A stretch of DNA of 64,000 nt, taken from assembly GCA_034932745.1 (NCBI GenBank), contig JAYFOJ010000001.1, forward strand, positions 596 through 64,595. The letters run 5' to 3'. Positions within the stretch are counted from its first letter, which is position 1, and each line of letters begins with the position of its first letter. The notes beneath the pieces are model-generated. The model was not told where the DNA came from, did not search any database, and saw only the letters and a program-made list of their open reading frames with translations. Position numbers and translations under genes: made by a program. The DNA is from Erysipelotrichaceae bacterium (GTDB taxonomy: Bacteria; Bacillota_I; Bacilli_A; RFN20; CAG-826). This document shows positions 1 through 8,146 of this stretch, piece after piece.

Positions 1-641
1 GCTCGATTGACGACTAAAACCACCATTAAATCAGGAGTCGTATGACTGGTTCTAATCAAGACATGACGAATAACGCCTTCTCTTGTATCTTCGTTATATG
101 GCTCGATTCGATTCTGTTTCATGATGAGCTTAATCGATTTAATGATTGGATGCGCTCTTTTGTCTTCGATAAAACATTCATCAATTGCGATGATTTCATG
201 GCTTCTTTCTTTATAGAAACCTGAAATAATATTCTTCTTTTTATCTAGACCTAGAGGTACTTGAATCTTATTTCGATAGTTATATGGATTGTCCATTCCA
301 ATACACGGTTTTACTTCGACATCTAAATGAGCAATTCTTTTTAAAGATTCCTTCACGCGATTAGTCTTATACATAAGTTGAGCGGAATACGCTAATTGTT
401 GAAACTGACACCCACCACACGAAGTGCAAACCTTGCATAAAGGTTCAATGCGTTCTTTAGAAATACTATATAGTTTTTTAACCTTGCCAAAAGAGACTCC
501 AGCGCGAGAGTAATTAATAATAACATCGGCTTCTTCACCAATAAATAAGCCATCGATAAAGGCTATTTCTTTGCCAACTTTAATAACGCCCTTACCTTCA
601 CTAGATAAGTCGACACATGTGCCATGTAATATTCTTTCCAT
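1..641 (-). CDS. rlmD: 23S rRNA (uracil-C5)-methyltransferase RlmD/RumA, N-terminal part (runs off the window edge)
   Basis: Not in the ORF track. Manual translation from ATG at 641: MERILHGTCVDLSSEGKGV (TRAM domain)...PLCKVCTSCGGCQFQQ (Fe-S Cys motif)...YNYRNKIQVP...GVIRHVLIR. Confidence 0.92.
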   Translation of the reverse strand, partial: MERILHGTCVDLSSEGKGVIKVGKEIAFIDGLFIGEEADVIINYSRAGVSFGKVKKLYSISKERIEPLCKVCTSCGGCQFQQLAYSAQLMYKTNRVKESLKRIAHLDVEVKPCIGMDNPYNYRNKIQVPLGLDKKKNIISGFYKERSHEIIAIDECFIEDKRAHPIIKSIKLIMKQNRIEPYNEDTREGVIRHVLIRTSHTTPDLMVVLVVNR

Positions 642-642
642 A

Positions 643-2385
643 TTAATTCCTCGTTATCGTTATTGTCGCTTTACTACTAGTCACTTCATTAAATGTAATG
701 GTATAAGGAAATGTCCGTCCATCATCCATCGTGGTTGCCACCGAAGTCTTCGTAAAGAAACTCTTATAATCATTAAATGTAAATGCTGATCCAGTTATAA
801 ATAAATCTTCTCTTGTAAGGTAATGTCTTTTATTGCTACTAGAATTACCAAAAGTATTAACTTTTCCTCTTTGAATGAGCGTTAATAATTGGAAATCATC
901 AAAACCAGGAACGCTGATATAAGAAGAAGCATCATATGAGTTATTCGCCCCAACGATAAAGTGTTCATAATTACTAGTCTTGACGTTATCGACAAGCGAA
1001 CCACCTAATCCAGCGTGATTGGCGTCGACATCGCTTCCGTTATATCCATAGATTCTCGAATCGACGTGATAGAGTCTAACTCCACCTGTGCCCAAGGCAC
1101 CAGACCAGTTATACCAATCGTCTTTGTTATTACCATCTCTAGTAAATAACTCCATTAACATATATTCATCAAAGGCTGAACCATTCCAAGTATTAGGGAC
1201 TGGCACTAATAAACAATCTCCTGTTAAACTCGCAGGTCTTAAAGTAACTGTCGTCGAACTCATCTTGCCATCTACGACAATCGGTTTAGTCCATCCAACA
1301 GATAACTTAGAATAACTATTCCAATCCATTACGTTATGAGATTGCATATCAGCTTGTCCGACATAGTCTCTAACACTATTACCGCTATCGCTATAGTCGT
1401 AATAATCTTGAAGACCAAATATATGACCTTGCTCATGAATCGATGTTCTTGCACTAGAAACATGATTAAGAGCGGATATCGAATAAACATTCGCAACAGG
1501 CTTAGTATGGGTTCCGCTAGTGTCTTTCGTTTCGTACATATGTGGCCATAACGGAGTGTTCCAATCATAAGCGTAATAATTGGTAATAAGATGGATAGAA
1601 TCAATGCACCCATCACTATTGGTATCGTATTCACTCCAGTTTTGATTTGGATAATGGTTTTCAACCCAACTAACCGCTCGGCTAATAAGCACGAATAAAC
1701 TTTGATAGGTTCGATCAGCGTCGATTGCGCTCATCGTTAACGATGAACTAGTTTCACTATATACATCACTGACCATCCCTGTGATATTGAGATTACCTAA
1801 CGAAGCCGTTTCATAATACGTCTTTAAAGAATTCCAACCATTTGGAGTGCTTTCTTTACTACCAAAATAATAATCATTAATACTGGCTAAGTTTGTGCTA
1901 TTCCAATACCCATATTCTGTTACAGTGCCAGGTTGTAGATTAATCGGAATCACTAACATCTTCTGTTTACCGGTTGCAGGGGCATAGTTAGTCTTAATAT
2001 CACTATTAACAAATGTTAATTCATCTGGAACATACGCTCCAGAAACGACTTTAATTTTATACTCAGCGTTATATTTGTTTTGATATGTCACCTTGAAGGT
2101 ATAGATACCGATTTTTTCAAAGGTATCAGTAATATCAAAAGACTCTCCATTTGGATCAACACAGTCATGGAAAGAAAAACTATCGCTTAAAATGCTATCC
2201 GAGATTGTACTAGAATCAGATAAAATCGGGGTTCCTTGTCCGTATTTAGCATAGCTTTGTCCAATGAAGTAACTATTATTATCACTAACGGATAAAGTAA
2301 CTTCAAAAAAAGGAAAATCACAACTAGATAGAAGAATTACTGGAGCCACTAACAAAAATGTCTTTTTAATAAAATTAAACTTCAT
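643..2385 (-). CDS. M6 (immune inhibitor A-like) zinc metalloprotease lipoprotein with an N-terminal Ig-like segment
   Basis: Lipobox LLSSC; zinc motif HEQGHIFGLQDYYD; SLKTYYETAS and YDTNSDGCID motifs typical of M6 domains; GGVRLYHVD. Confidence 0.85.
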   Translation of the reverse strand: MKFNFIKKTFLLVAPVILLSSCDFPFFEVTLSVSDNNSYFIGQSYAKYGQGTPILSDSSTISDSILSDSFSFHDCVDPNGESFDITDTFEKIGIYTFKVTYQNKYNAEYKIKVVSGAYVPDELTFVNSDIKTNYAPATGKQKMLVIPINLQPGTVTEYGYWNSTNLASINDYYFGSKESTPNGWNSLKTYYETASLGNLNITGMVSDVYSETSSSLTMSAIDADRTYQSLFVLISRAVSWVENHYPNQNWSEYDTNSDGCIDSIHLITNYYAYDWNTPLWPHMYETKDTSGTHTKPVANVYSISALNHVSSARTSIHEQGHIFGLQDYYDYSDSGNSVRDYVGQADMQSHNVMDWNSYSKLSVGWTKPIVVDGKMSSTTVTLRPASLTGDCLLVPVPNTWNGSAFDEYMLMELFTRDGNNKDDWYNWSGALGTGGVRLYHVDSRIYGYNGSDVDANHAGLGGSLVDNVKTSNYEHFIVGANNSYDASSYISVPGFDDFQLLTLIQRGKVNTFGNSSSNKRHYLTREDLFITGSAFTFNDYKSFFTKTSVATTMDDGRTFPYTITFNEVTSSKATITITRN

Positions 2386-2391
2386 ATATAC

Positions 2392-4008
2392 CTATTTCGT
2401 GAATGTGATTGTCGCCGATGTTGCGCTTACGCTATTAAAAGTAATCGTATAAGGGAAGGCACTACCATCATCCATCGTGGTTGGTGTGGTTCCATTTTTA
2501 TTTAGGAACTTACTATAATTTGAGAAATTAAAAGTGCTACCAGTTTTGAATAAGTCTGCACTTGATAAACCATGTCTAGCAGAACTAGATGTCGAACCAA
2601 AAGTATTGGTCTTACCAGCTTGAAGAAGCGCTAATAAAGGATGATTTGAAGTACTAGCGACGTACATTCCATATGCTTGAGCCGCATAAGAGTTATTGCA
2701 AGCTAATAGTAACTGTGATGAACTCGTATCAGTGGGAATTGAGTCAATGAATTGACCACCAGTGATTTTAACAACGTTCTCGCCATTATAACTTTCATTT
2801 TCGTAGTCACTGCTACCAAAACTATAGAGTCTTGAGTCGACGTGATACATTCTAACTCCACCAGTACCTAAACTTTGTGACCAGTCAGTCCAGTCATCAG
2901 AGTTATTGCCGACTGGTGTAAAGAGTTCTAATAAGAAATACTCATCAAAGGCCGAACCATTCCAAGAACCAGGAACTGGCACCACGATGCAATCTCCACT
3001 TGTCGACGCAGGATTGATTGTAATTTCTGTCGAAGCTTTTTCACCTGTTACGACATATGGTAAAGACCATCCAACTGTCATCTTGGAATAACTATTCCAG
3101 TCCATCACATTATTTGACTGCATGTCCGCTTGTCCAACGTAATCGACATTTGAATAAGAATAATCGTAATAGTCTTCTAGACCAAATATATGACCTTGTT
3201 CATGAATTGCCGTTCTTGCTCCACTGCTAGAATCGGTATGTCCTAAAGAAGACATCGAATAAACATTAGCGGTCGGATTAGAAAGTGTTCCCTTACTAGC
3301 GCCTGTATTATACATATGTGGCCACAAAGGTTCACTCCAAGATCCGTAACCATAATTGGTAATAAGGTGAACGGAGTCGATATACCCATCGTCATTAGTA
3401 TCGTAGTCAGACCAGTTGGTCGTGTTATATGTCGATTCCGCCCATGAAACAGCCTCGCTAATTAATGAAAATAAGTTCTGATAGGTTGTGTCTTCATTGA
3501 TGTCTGACATCGTCAGCGACGAACCAGTATACTTTGCGGTTACCATTCCGCTAATAGTGAGTTTACCAAACGATGCAGTCTCATAATATGTCTTTAAGGA
3601 ATTCCAGTTATTAGGAGTGTCAGTCTTAGCACCAAAATAATACTTATTCAAATTAGACAAATCCGTAGTTGTCCATGTACTATAATCAGTTTCTGTTCCA
3701 GGATTGAGTTCAATCGGTATTACTAATACCTTTTGTGCACCAATTGCTGGAGCGTAACTGCTATTGATATCTTTCGATAACATCGATAATTGATTAGCCT
3801 TATAGTAACCATCTTGAGTAGTTATTGAGCTACTTGAACTAGACGATGTTTCGCTCGAATCTTCACTACTTTGCGATGATGAATTATTATGTCCACTACT
3901 ACTTTGATCGTCATTAGAAGAACTATCGTGAGTGTATTTGATAAGCGTACATCCAGATAGCGACATAACACCAATTAACAAAGTTACTAACGCTGTTTTC
4001 TTTTTCAT
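2392..4008 (-). CDS. M6 family zinc metalloprotease lipoprotein with a Ser-rich linker (paralog of 643-2385)
   Basis: Lipobox LSGC; poly-Ser linker; HEQGHIFGLEDYYD; YDTNDDGYID; SD AGGAG upstream. Confidence 0.85.
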   Translation of the reverse strand: MKKKTALVTLLIGVMSLSGCTLIKYTHDSSSNDDQSSSGHNNSSSQSSEDSSETSSSSSSSITTQDGYYKANQLSMLSKDINSSYAPAIGAQKVLVIPIELNPGTETDYSTWTTTDLSNLNKYYFGAKTDTPNNWNSLKTYYETASFGKLTISGMVTAKYTGSSLTMSDINEDTTYQNLFSLISEAVSWAESTYNTTNWSDYDTNDDGYIDSVHLITNYGYGSWSEPLWPHMYNTGASKGTLSNPTANVYSMSSLGHTDSSSGARTAIHEQGHIFGLEDYYDYSYSNVDYVGQADMQSNNVMDWNSYSKMTVGWSLPYVVTGEKASTEITINPASTSGDCIVVPVPGSWNGSAFDEYFLLELFTPVGNNSDDWTDWSQSLGTGGVRMYHVDSRLYSFGSSDYENESYNGENVVKITGGQFIDSIPTDTSSSQLLLACNNSYAAQAYGMYVASTSNHPLLALLQAGKTNTFGSTSSSARHGLSSADLFKTGSTFNFSNYSKFLNKNGTTPTTMDDGSAFPYTITFNSVSATSATITFTK

Positions 4009-4032
4009 TTTTTTCTCCTAAATGCCGTAGTT

Positions 4033-4041
4033 ATTATATCA
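4033..4041 (-). promoter_or_regulatory. Extended -10 promoter for the M6-M6-rlmD operon
   Basis: Minus strand TGaTATAAT, 24 nt upstream of the ATG at 4008. Confidence 0.6.
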
Positions 4042-4079
4042 AACTATCGACTTAACCTATTAGTTTGTTCTTATTAAAT

Positions 4080-4104
4080 AAAAAAGTAGGGAAATCCCTA
4101 CTCT
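4080..4104 (-). terminator. Intrinsic terminator after metG
   Basis: AGTAGGG-ATTT-CCCTACT followed by a T-run on the minus strand. Confidence 0.8.
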
Positions 4105-4105
4105 T

Positions 4106-5695
4106 TTAAGCCTTCTTTTGCATCATTGAAACGATATATTCAACCTCGAGCGGTTCATCAAGACGTGGGAATAATTGTTCTCCCTTTTGAACTTTAACAC
4201 CATTTAATAGTTTCTCATCTTTGATGCTTCGATATGTTCTTTTGTTTTTTAACACTCCGATTTGATCGAGCAAGAGGTCAGCTTTTCTTGTTAGAATCGG
4301 TTGCAATAAAATACCGGCGATGTATAACACTCTAATTAGATGCGTCATCGAAGACGCTAATTCGAGTTTCTTACCTTCTTTTGCAAGAACCCAAGGCATT
4401 GTTTCATCGATGTATTTGTTAGCGCGAGATACTAACTTCATCACTGCCGCTACTGCCTCAGTCATGTGGAGATTATCGAAATTACTTTCGTATTCTTTAA
4501 TCGTCTCCTCGATTAGAATTTCGATTTCGTTATCAAATGGGTTAATGCCTTTTTGATACTCTGGAATTACTCCATCGTAATACTTATTAATCATCGAAAC
4601 CGTTCGATTCAAAAGGTTCCCTAGATTATTGGCTAAATCCATGTTAATTCTTTCAATAAACTGTTCTGGAGTAAATTGACCATCTGAACCGAATGACACT
4701 TCTCTAACTAGATAGTATCTAACCGCATCCACCCCATATCTTTCAATTAGTGGATATGGATCAATGGTATTACCTTTAGATTTACTCATTTTGCCATCTT
4801 TAGTCATTAGTAATCCATGAACGAATTCTCTATCCGGTAAAGGAAGATCTAACGCCATTAAGAACATCGGCCAATAAATAGCGTGGAATCTAGTAATATC
4901 TGCTCCTAAAATATGGATCTTCTCTGATTTTTCATCGAGCCAGAATTTCTTAAACAAAGAATCATCTTCTTGAAGATACCCTAATGCCGAAATGTAATTA
5001 GTCAAAGCATCGAGCCAAACATAGACTACATGCTTTGGATTTTCGACAATTGGTACTCCCCAAGAGAAAGAAGTACGAGAGATACATAAGTCTTCTAATC
5101 CTGGTTTAATAAAGGTATTAATCATTTCGTTCTTGCGGGATTCTGGAAGAAGGAAATTAGGGTGTTCATCGTAATATTTTAAAAGCCGATCAATGTACTT
5201 CTTTGTTTTGAAGAAATACGCTTCTTCTTTTGCTTTTTGTACTGGGCGACCGCAGTCAGGACAAACATGATTTGGTCCAGTTTGAATTTCTGTCCAGAAC
5301 GCTTCGCATTCTTTGCAATACCAACCTTCGTAGTGGCCTAAATAGATATCGCCATTTTCTAGAAGCTTAGTAAAAACTTTTTGCACAGTCTTCCAATGTC
5401 TTTCATCAGTGGTTCTAATAAAGTCATCGTTTGTAATATCTAACGCTGACCATAGTTTTTTAAATGATACGACGATGTTATCGACAAATTCTTGTGGAGA
5501 TAACCCCGCAGCAATCGCGTTCTTTTCTATTTTCATTCCGTGTTCATCTGAACCAGTTAAAAAGTATGTTTCAAAGCCACGCATTCTTTTGTATCTTGCA
5601 AGCGTGTCAGATAAAGTTGTGCAATAAGCATGCCCAATATGGAGTTTTGCACTTGGATAATAAATCGGTGTCGTGATATAAAACTTGTTTTTCAT
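4106..5695 (-). CDS. metG: Methionyl-tRNA synthetase (short form, no C-terminal tRNA-binding domain)
   Basis: HIGH (LHIGH), KMSKS, Zn knuckle CKEC...CPDC; start moved to MKNKFY at 5695, which has SD GGAGG. Confidence 0.97.
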   Translation of the reverse strand: MKNKFYITTPIYYPSAKLHIGHAYCTTLSDTLARYKRMRGFETYFLTGSDEHGMKIEKNAIAAGLSPQEFVDNIVVSFKKLWSALDITNDDFIRTTDERHWKTVQKVFTKLLENGDIYLGHYEGWYCKECEAFWTEIQTGPNHVCPDCGRPVQKAKEEAYFFKTKKYIDRLLKYYDEHPNFLLPESRKNEMINTFIKPGLEDLCISRTSFSWGVPIVENPKHVVYVWLDALTNYISALGYLQEDDSLFKKFWLDEKSEKIHILGADITRFHAIYWPMFLMALDLPLPDREFVHGLLMTKDGKMSKSKGNTIDPYPLIERYGVDAVRYYLVREVSFGSDGQFTPEQFIERINMDLANNLGNLLNRTVSMINKYYDGVIPEYQKGINPFDNEIEILIEETIKEYESNFDNLHMTEAVAAVMKLVSRANKYIDETMPWVLAKEGKKLELASSMTHLIRVLYIAGILLQPILTRKADLLLDQIGVLKNKRTYRSIKDEKLLNGVKVQKGEQLFPRLDEPLEVEYIVSMMQKKA

Positions 5696-5792
5696 TGGGA
5701 AATGACCTCCTGAAATATCGCAAGACAATTATATTATTCTTAATATAAGATATTCAATGAATATTAATCAGTGGCAAGAAAAATAAACACTA

Positions 5793-5820
5793 AAAAAGCA
5801 CCCTAACTGGATGCTTTTCT
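5793..5820 (-). terminator. Intrinsic terminator after rpmE
   Basis: Minus strand AAAAGCATCC-loop-GGTGCTTTTTT (one G-U pair). Confidence 0.65.
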
Positions 5821-5826
5821 TTTGCC

Positions 5827-6042
5827 CTATTTATTGTTATTTTCAAGGCCGTATTTTTTATTGAATTTATCAACTCTTCCTTCTGACTGGACGAATCTCT
5901 TCTTACCAGTGTAGAAAGGATGGCAATTTGAACAAGAATCAACTTTGATTTCATCAAGAGTCGAGCCAGTTTCAAATGTCGCACCACATGATGTGCATGT
6001 AACGGTGCATTTGTGATAATTTGGGTGAATTCCCTTTTTCAT
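5827..6042 (-). CDS. rpmE: 50S ribosomal protein L31, zinc-binding type A
   Basis: MKKGIHPNY...CTSCG...[10 protein letters not shown]...[10 protein letters not shown]. Confidence 0.98.
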   Translation of the reverse strand: MKKGIHPNYHKCTVTCTSCGATFETGSTLDEIKVDSCSNCHPFYTGKKRFVQSEGRVDKFNKKYGLENNNK

Positions 6043-6050
6043 AGTCTTTT

Positions 6051-6096
6051 TACTCCTTCCGCCTTAGACCTTTTAGTCCAAAGTAAGTCGTGCCCA
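6051..6096 (-). promoter_or_regulatory. Putative L31 ribosomal-protein leader hairpin next to the SD
   Basis: CUUUGGACU-AAAA-GGUCUAAGG 9-bp stem immediately followed by CGGAAGGAG (SD); upstream promoter TTGATT-18-TATTAT with extended TG; resembles Firmicutes rpmE leaders (from recall, not searched). Confidence 0.5.
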
Positions 6097-6204
6097 ATGA
6101 TAATACCATAGTGAATTGATTATAATCAACTAAAAGATATACCCACTGTTTTAAATAATAATTAACTAAACGAAAGCAATGAACAATACCGCGGAAAAAT
6201 ATTG

Positions 6205-7224
6205 TTAAGCGTTTTGCTTTTTATGATATTTTTCAAGTAAATATAGGTAAGCGGCTTTAAGTTCTAATCCGCATTTTTCAAGCGTTCTTTCTTCGACTAG
6301 TTTTTGTCCATTAGCGATAATCTGCGACTTATCATGACTCATCAAGTAATCTAGTTTTTCAATGAACTGGTCATTATTTCTAGCCTTATAACAATCTCTT
6401 CCATCTTCCATCCAATCGGAATAGACACCAATGTCTCTAACGATAACCGGGCAAGACGCTGCTAATGCTTCAAGAACGACGATACCCTCTGTTTCTTCGT
6501 AAGAAGGGAATAGCAAACACTCCGCGTAATGATATGCGCCTTTAATAATTGAATTGTCGATATAGCCAGGCATCAAAACGTTGCTTGGGCGATGTTTGAT
6601 TGCCTTCTTAACATCATGAGAAATTAAATATCTTTGTAAGAAACCAAACCAAATAAATTTAATATCTGGTTTTCTTTTAGCGATTTCAAAGAAATCTTTT
6701 ATACCCTTGCGGTTAAAAGGGAAGCCAACAGAAATAACGACCTTTTCATCTTTAATATTAAAGAATTTTTTAAACTCATCGACTTTTGTTTGATCAAAAG
6801 CGTACTCTTTTGGGTCTATACCATTAGATACGTGAATCACTTCTGTACCTAGATTGTAATTATCAATGCAACGTTTTGAATATTCGGTTGGGGTAATAAT
6901 AAAATCTGCGTGTTTATAAAACCACATCAAGTTTGGATTAAACCAAATCGACATTAATTTCCAAGCTTTGAATGAGTCTTTAAAATCTTCGATAGTACTA
7001 TGACCGTGAACGATTACTGGAATACCATGTTTCTTACAGTGTTTTAAGATTCTTTTTGATTTCATCCAATAAGTATTAATATGAGCGATGTCATAAGTGT
7101 CTTTTGGATCTAGTGTAAATTCGACTCCAGCGGACTTAAGAGCTTGCATCTGATGACGAAGAGCGCGTCCTATTCCGCTTTTCTTGATTGTGTTCTGATT
7201 TTCAAAATATAAAAGTACTTTCAT
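6205..7224 (-). CDS. dgs: GT4 glycosyltransferase, monoglucosyl-DAG alpha-1,2-glucosyltransferase (Acholeplasma Dgs / CpoA-like)
   Basis: MKVLLY..KKSGIGRA, DPKDTYD, IVHGHST, SNGID, RKGIKDF, FPSYEETEGIVVLEA (EX7E-type motif); closely resembles the A. laidlawii DGlcDAG synthase as recalled. Confidence 0.85.
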   Translation of the reverse strand: MKVLLYFENQNTIKKSGIGRALRHQMQALKSAGVEFTLDPKDTYDIAHINTYWMKSKRILKHCKKHGIPVIVHGHSTIEDFKDSFKAWKLMSIWFNPNLMWFYKHADFIITPTEYSKRCIDNYNLGTEVIHVSNGIDPKEYAFDQTKVDEFKKFFNIKDEKVVISVGFPFNRKGIKDFFEIAKRKPDIKFIWFGFLQRYLISHDVKKAIKHRPSNVLMPGYIDNSIIKGAYHYAECLLFPSYEETEGIVVLEALAASCPVIVRDIGVYSDWMEDGRDCYKARNNDQFIEKLDYLMSHDKSQIIANGQKLVEERTLEKCGLELKAAYLYLLEKYHKKQNA

Positions 7225-7459
7225 AATTACTCCGAATTAAGTTTAATCGTTAAAACGTCTTTTTTCATCTTGAAAAGTTTTAACCTATTTTTTATTACTA
7301 GTAATAACAACAAAAACTGTTTTAGTTATTCCACCACCAGTAGAGAACATTTTTAGCGTTCTACTTTGAGTTTTTTAACTCCCCTAGTAGTAAAGAAACA
7401 AGTAGGTTTTCAAAAAGTCGCTCTATCAATATAGTGAACTTAGAAAAAAAGGAATTATT

Positions 7460-8146
7460 ATGAGCATCTTAGAAATGAAGAACACATTAAAAAATCAACC
7501 GATCCCAACTTATTCAAAAGGAGAAGAATTATTTAACTGGGTTAGCCACATTATTGGCATGGCATTTGGACTAGTGGTTCTTGGACTAGCAATCGCAGCG
7601 TCGATAATCGGCCAATTCACTCCGATTCAATGTATTTCTCTTATCTTCTACGCTATAACCATAATTGTCCTTTATGGTAATTCGACAATTTATCACGCTT
7701 TACCAAAAGACTCGACTTGGAAAAGACTTTTTAGACTAATCGACCATAACACTATATATTTACTAATCGCCGGAACTTATGCTCCAATCTGTGCTTTTGC
7801 CTTTGGCACCAGTAATATCGGACTTATTATTTTCTTGGTTCAAATCGTTGGTTTGCTCATTGGAACAATCCTGAACGTTTGCAATCTAAACGGTAAAATT
7901 ACCAAGGTGGTAACAGTTATTCTATACGTCGTTATGGGCTGGGCTATTATGTTTTATTGGCCAGCGATGACAATGCTTCCTATCGCGTCCATGATTCTCA
8001 TTCTTCTTGGAGGAATCTCTTATACCGCAGGGGTTGGATTTTACGCTGCTGGCAAAAAGAAAAAGTGGATGCATAGCATTTTCCACTTATTCGTATTAAT
8101 CGGAACAATTCTTCAATTTATTGGAATTGTCTTTATTATTATTTAA
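7460..8146 (+). CDS. Hemolysin III / PAQR (TrhA-like) 7-TM membrane protein
   Basis: EELFNWVSH, STIYH, RLIDH..IYLLIAGTY.P, YVVMGW, HSIFHLFVL. Confidence 0.93.
   Translation: MSILEMKNTLKNQPIPTYSKGEELFNWVSHIIGMAFGLVVLGLAIAASIIGQFTPIQCISLIFYAITIIVLYGNSTIYHALPKDSTWKRLFRLIDHNTIYLLIAGTYAPICAFAFGTSNIGLIIFLVQIVGLLIGTILNVCNLNGKITKVVTVILYVVMGWAIMFYWPAMTMLPIASMILILLGGISYTAGVGFYAAGKKKKWMHSIFHLFVLIGTILQFIGIVFIII

Noticed and set aside
42-789. Plus-strand ORFs 42-224 and 571-789
   Set aside because: They lie opposite rlmD and the M6 gene, which explain the region.
3820-3930. Ser-rich tracts (here and 15065-15165) as phase-variable tandem repeats
   Set aside because: They are encoded by mixed TCN/AGY codons with no perfect DNA repeat; ordinary flexible linkers.
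5696-5790. T-box or SAM riboswitch upstream of metG (and T-box before serS)
   Set aside because: The metG promoter (TTGAAT-18-TATAAT) is only about 30 nt from the start and there is no T-box motif; serS overlaps the upstream gene.
7330-7392. Assignment of the structured element to yybP-ykoY, lysine, guanidine-I or fluoride riboswitches, tRNA or tmRNA
   Set aside because: Only short fragments resemble them (GGGGAGU, AGUAGAG, CUAGGG) and the remaining conserved cores are absent; kept as an unassigned element.
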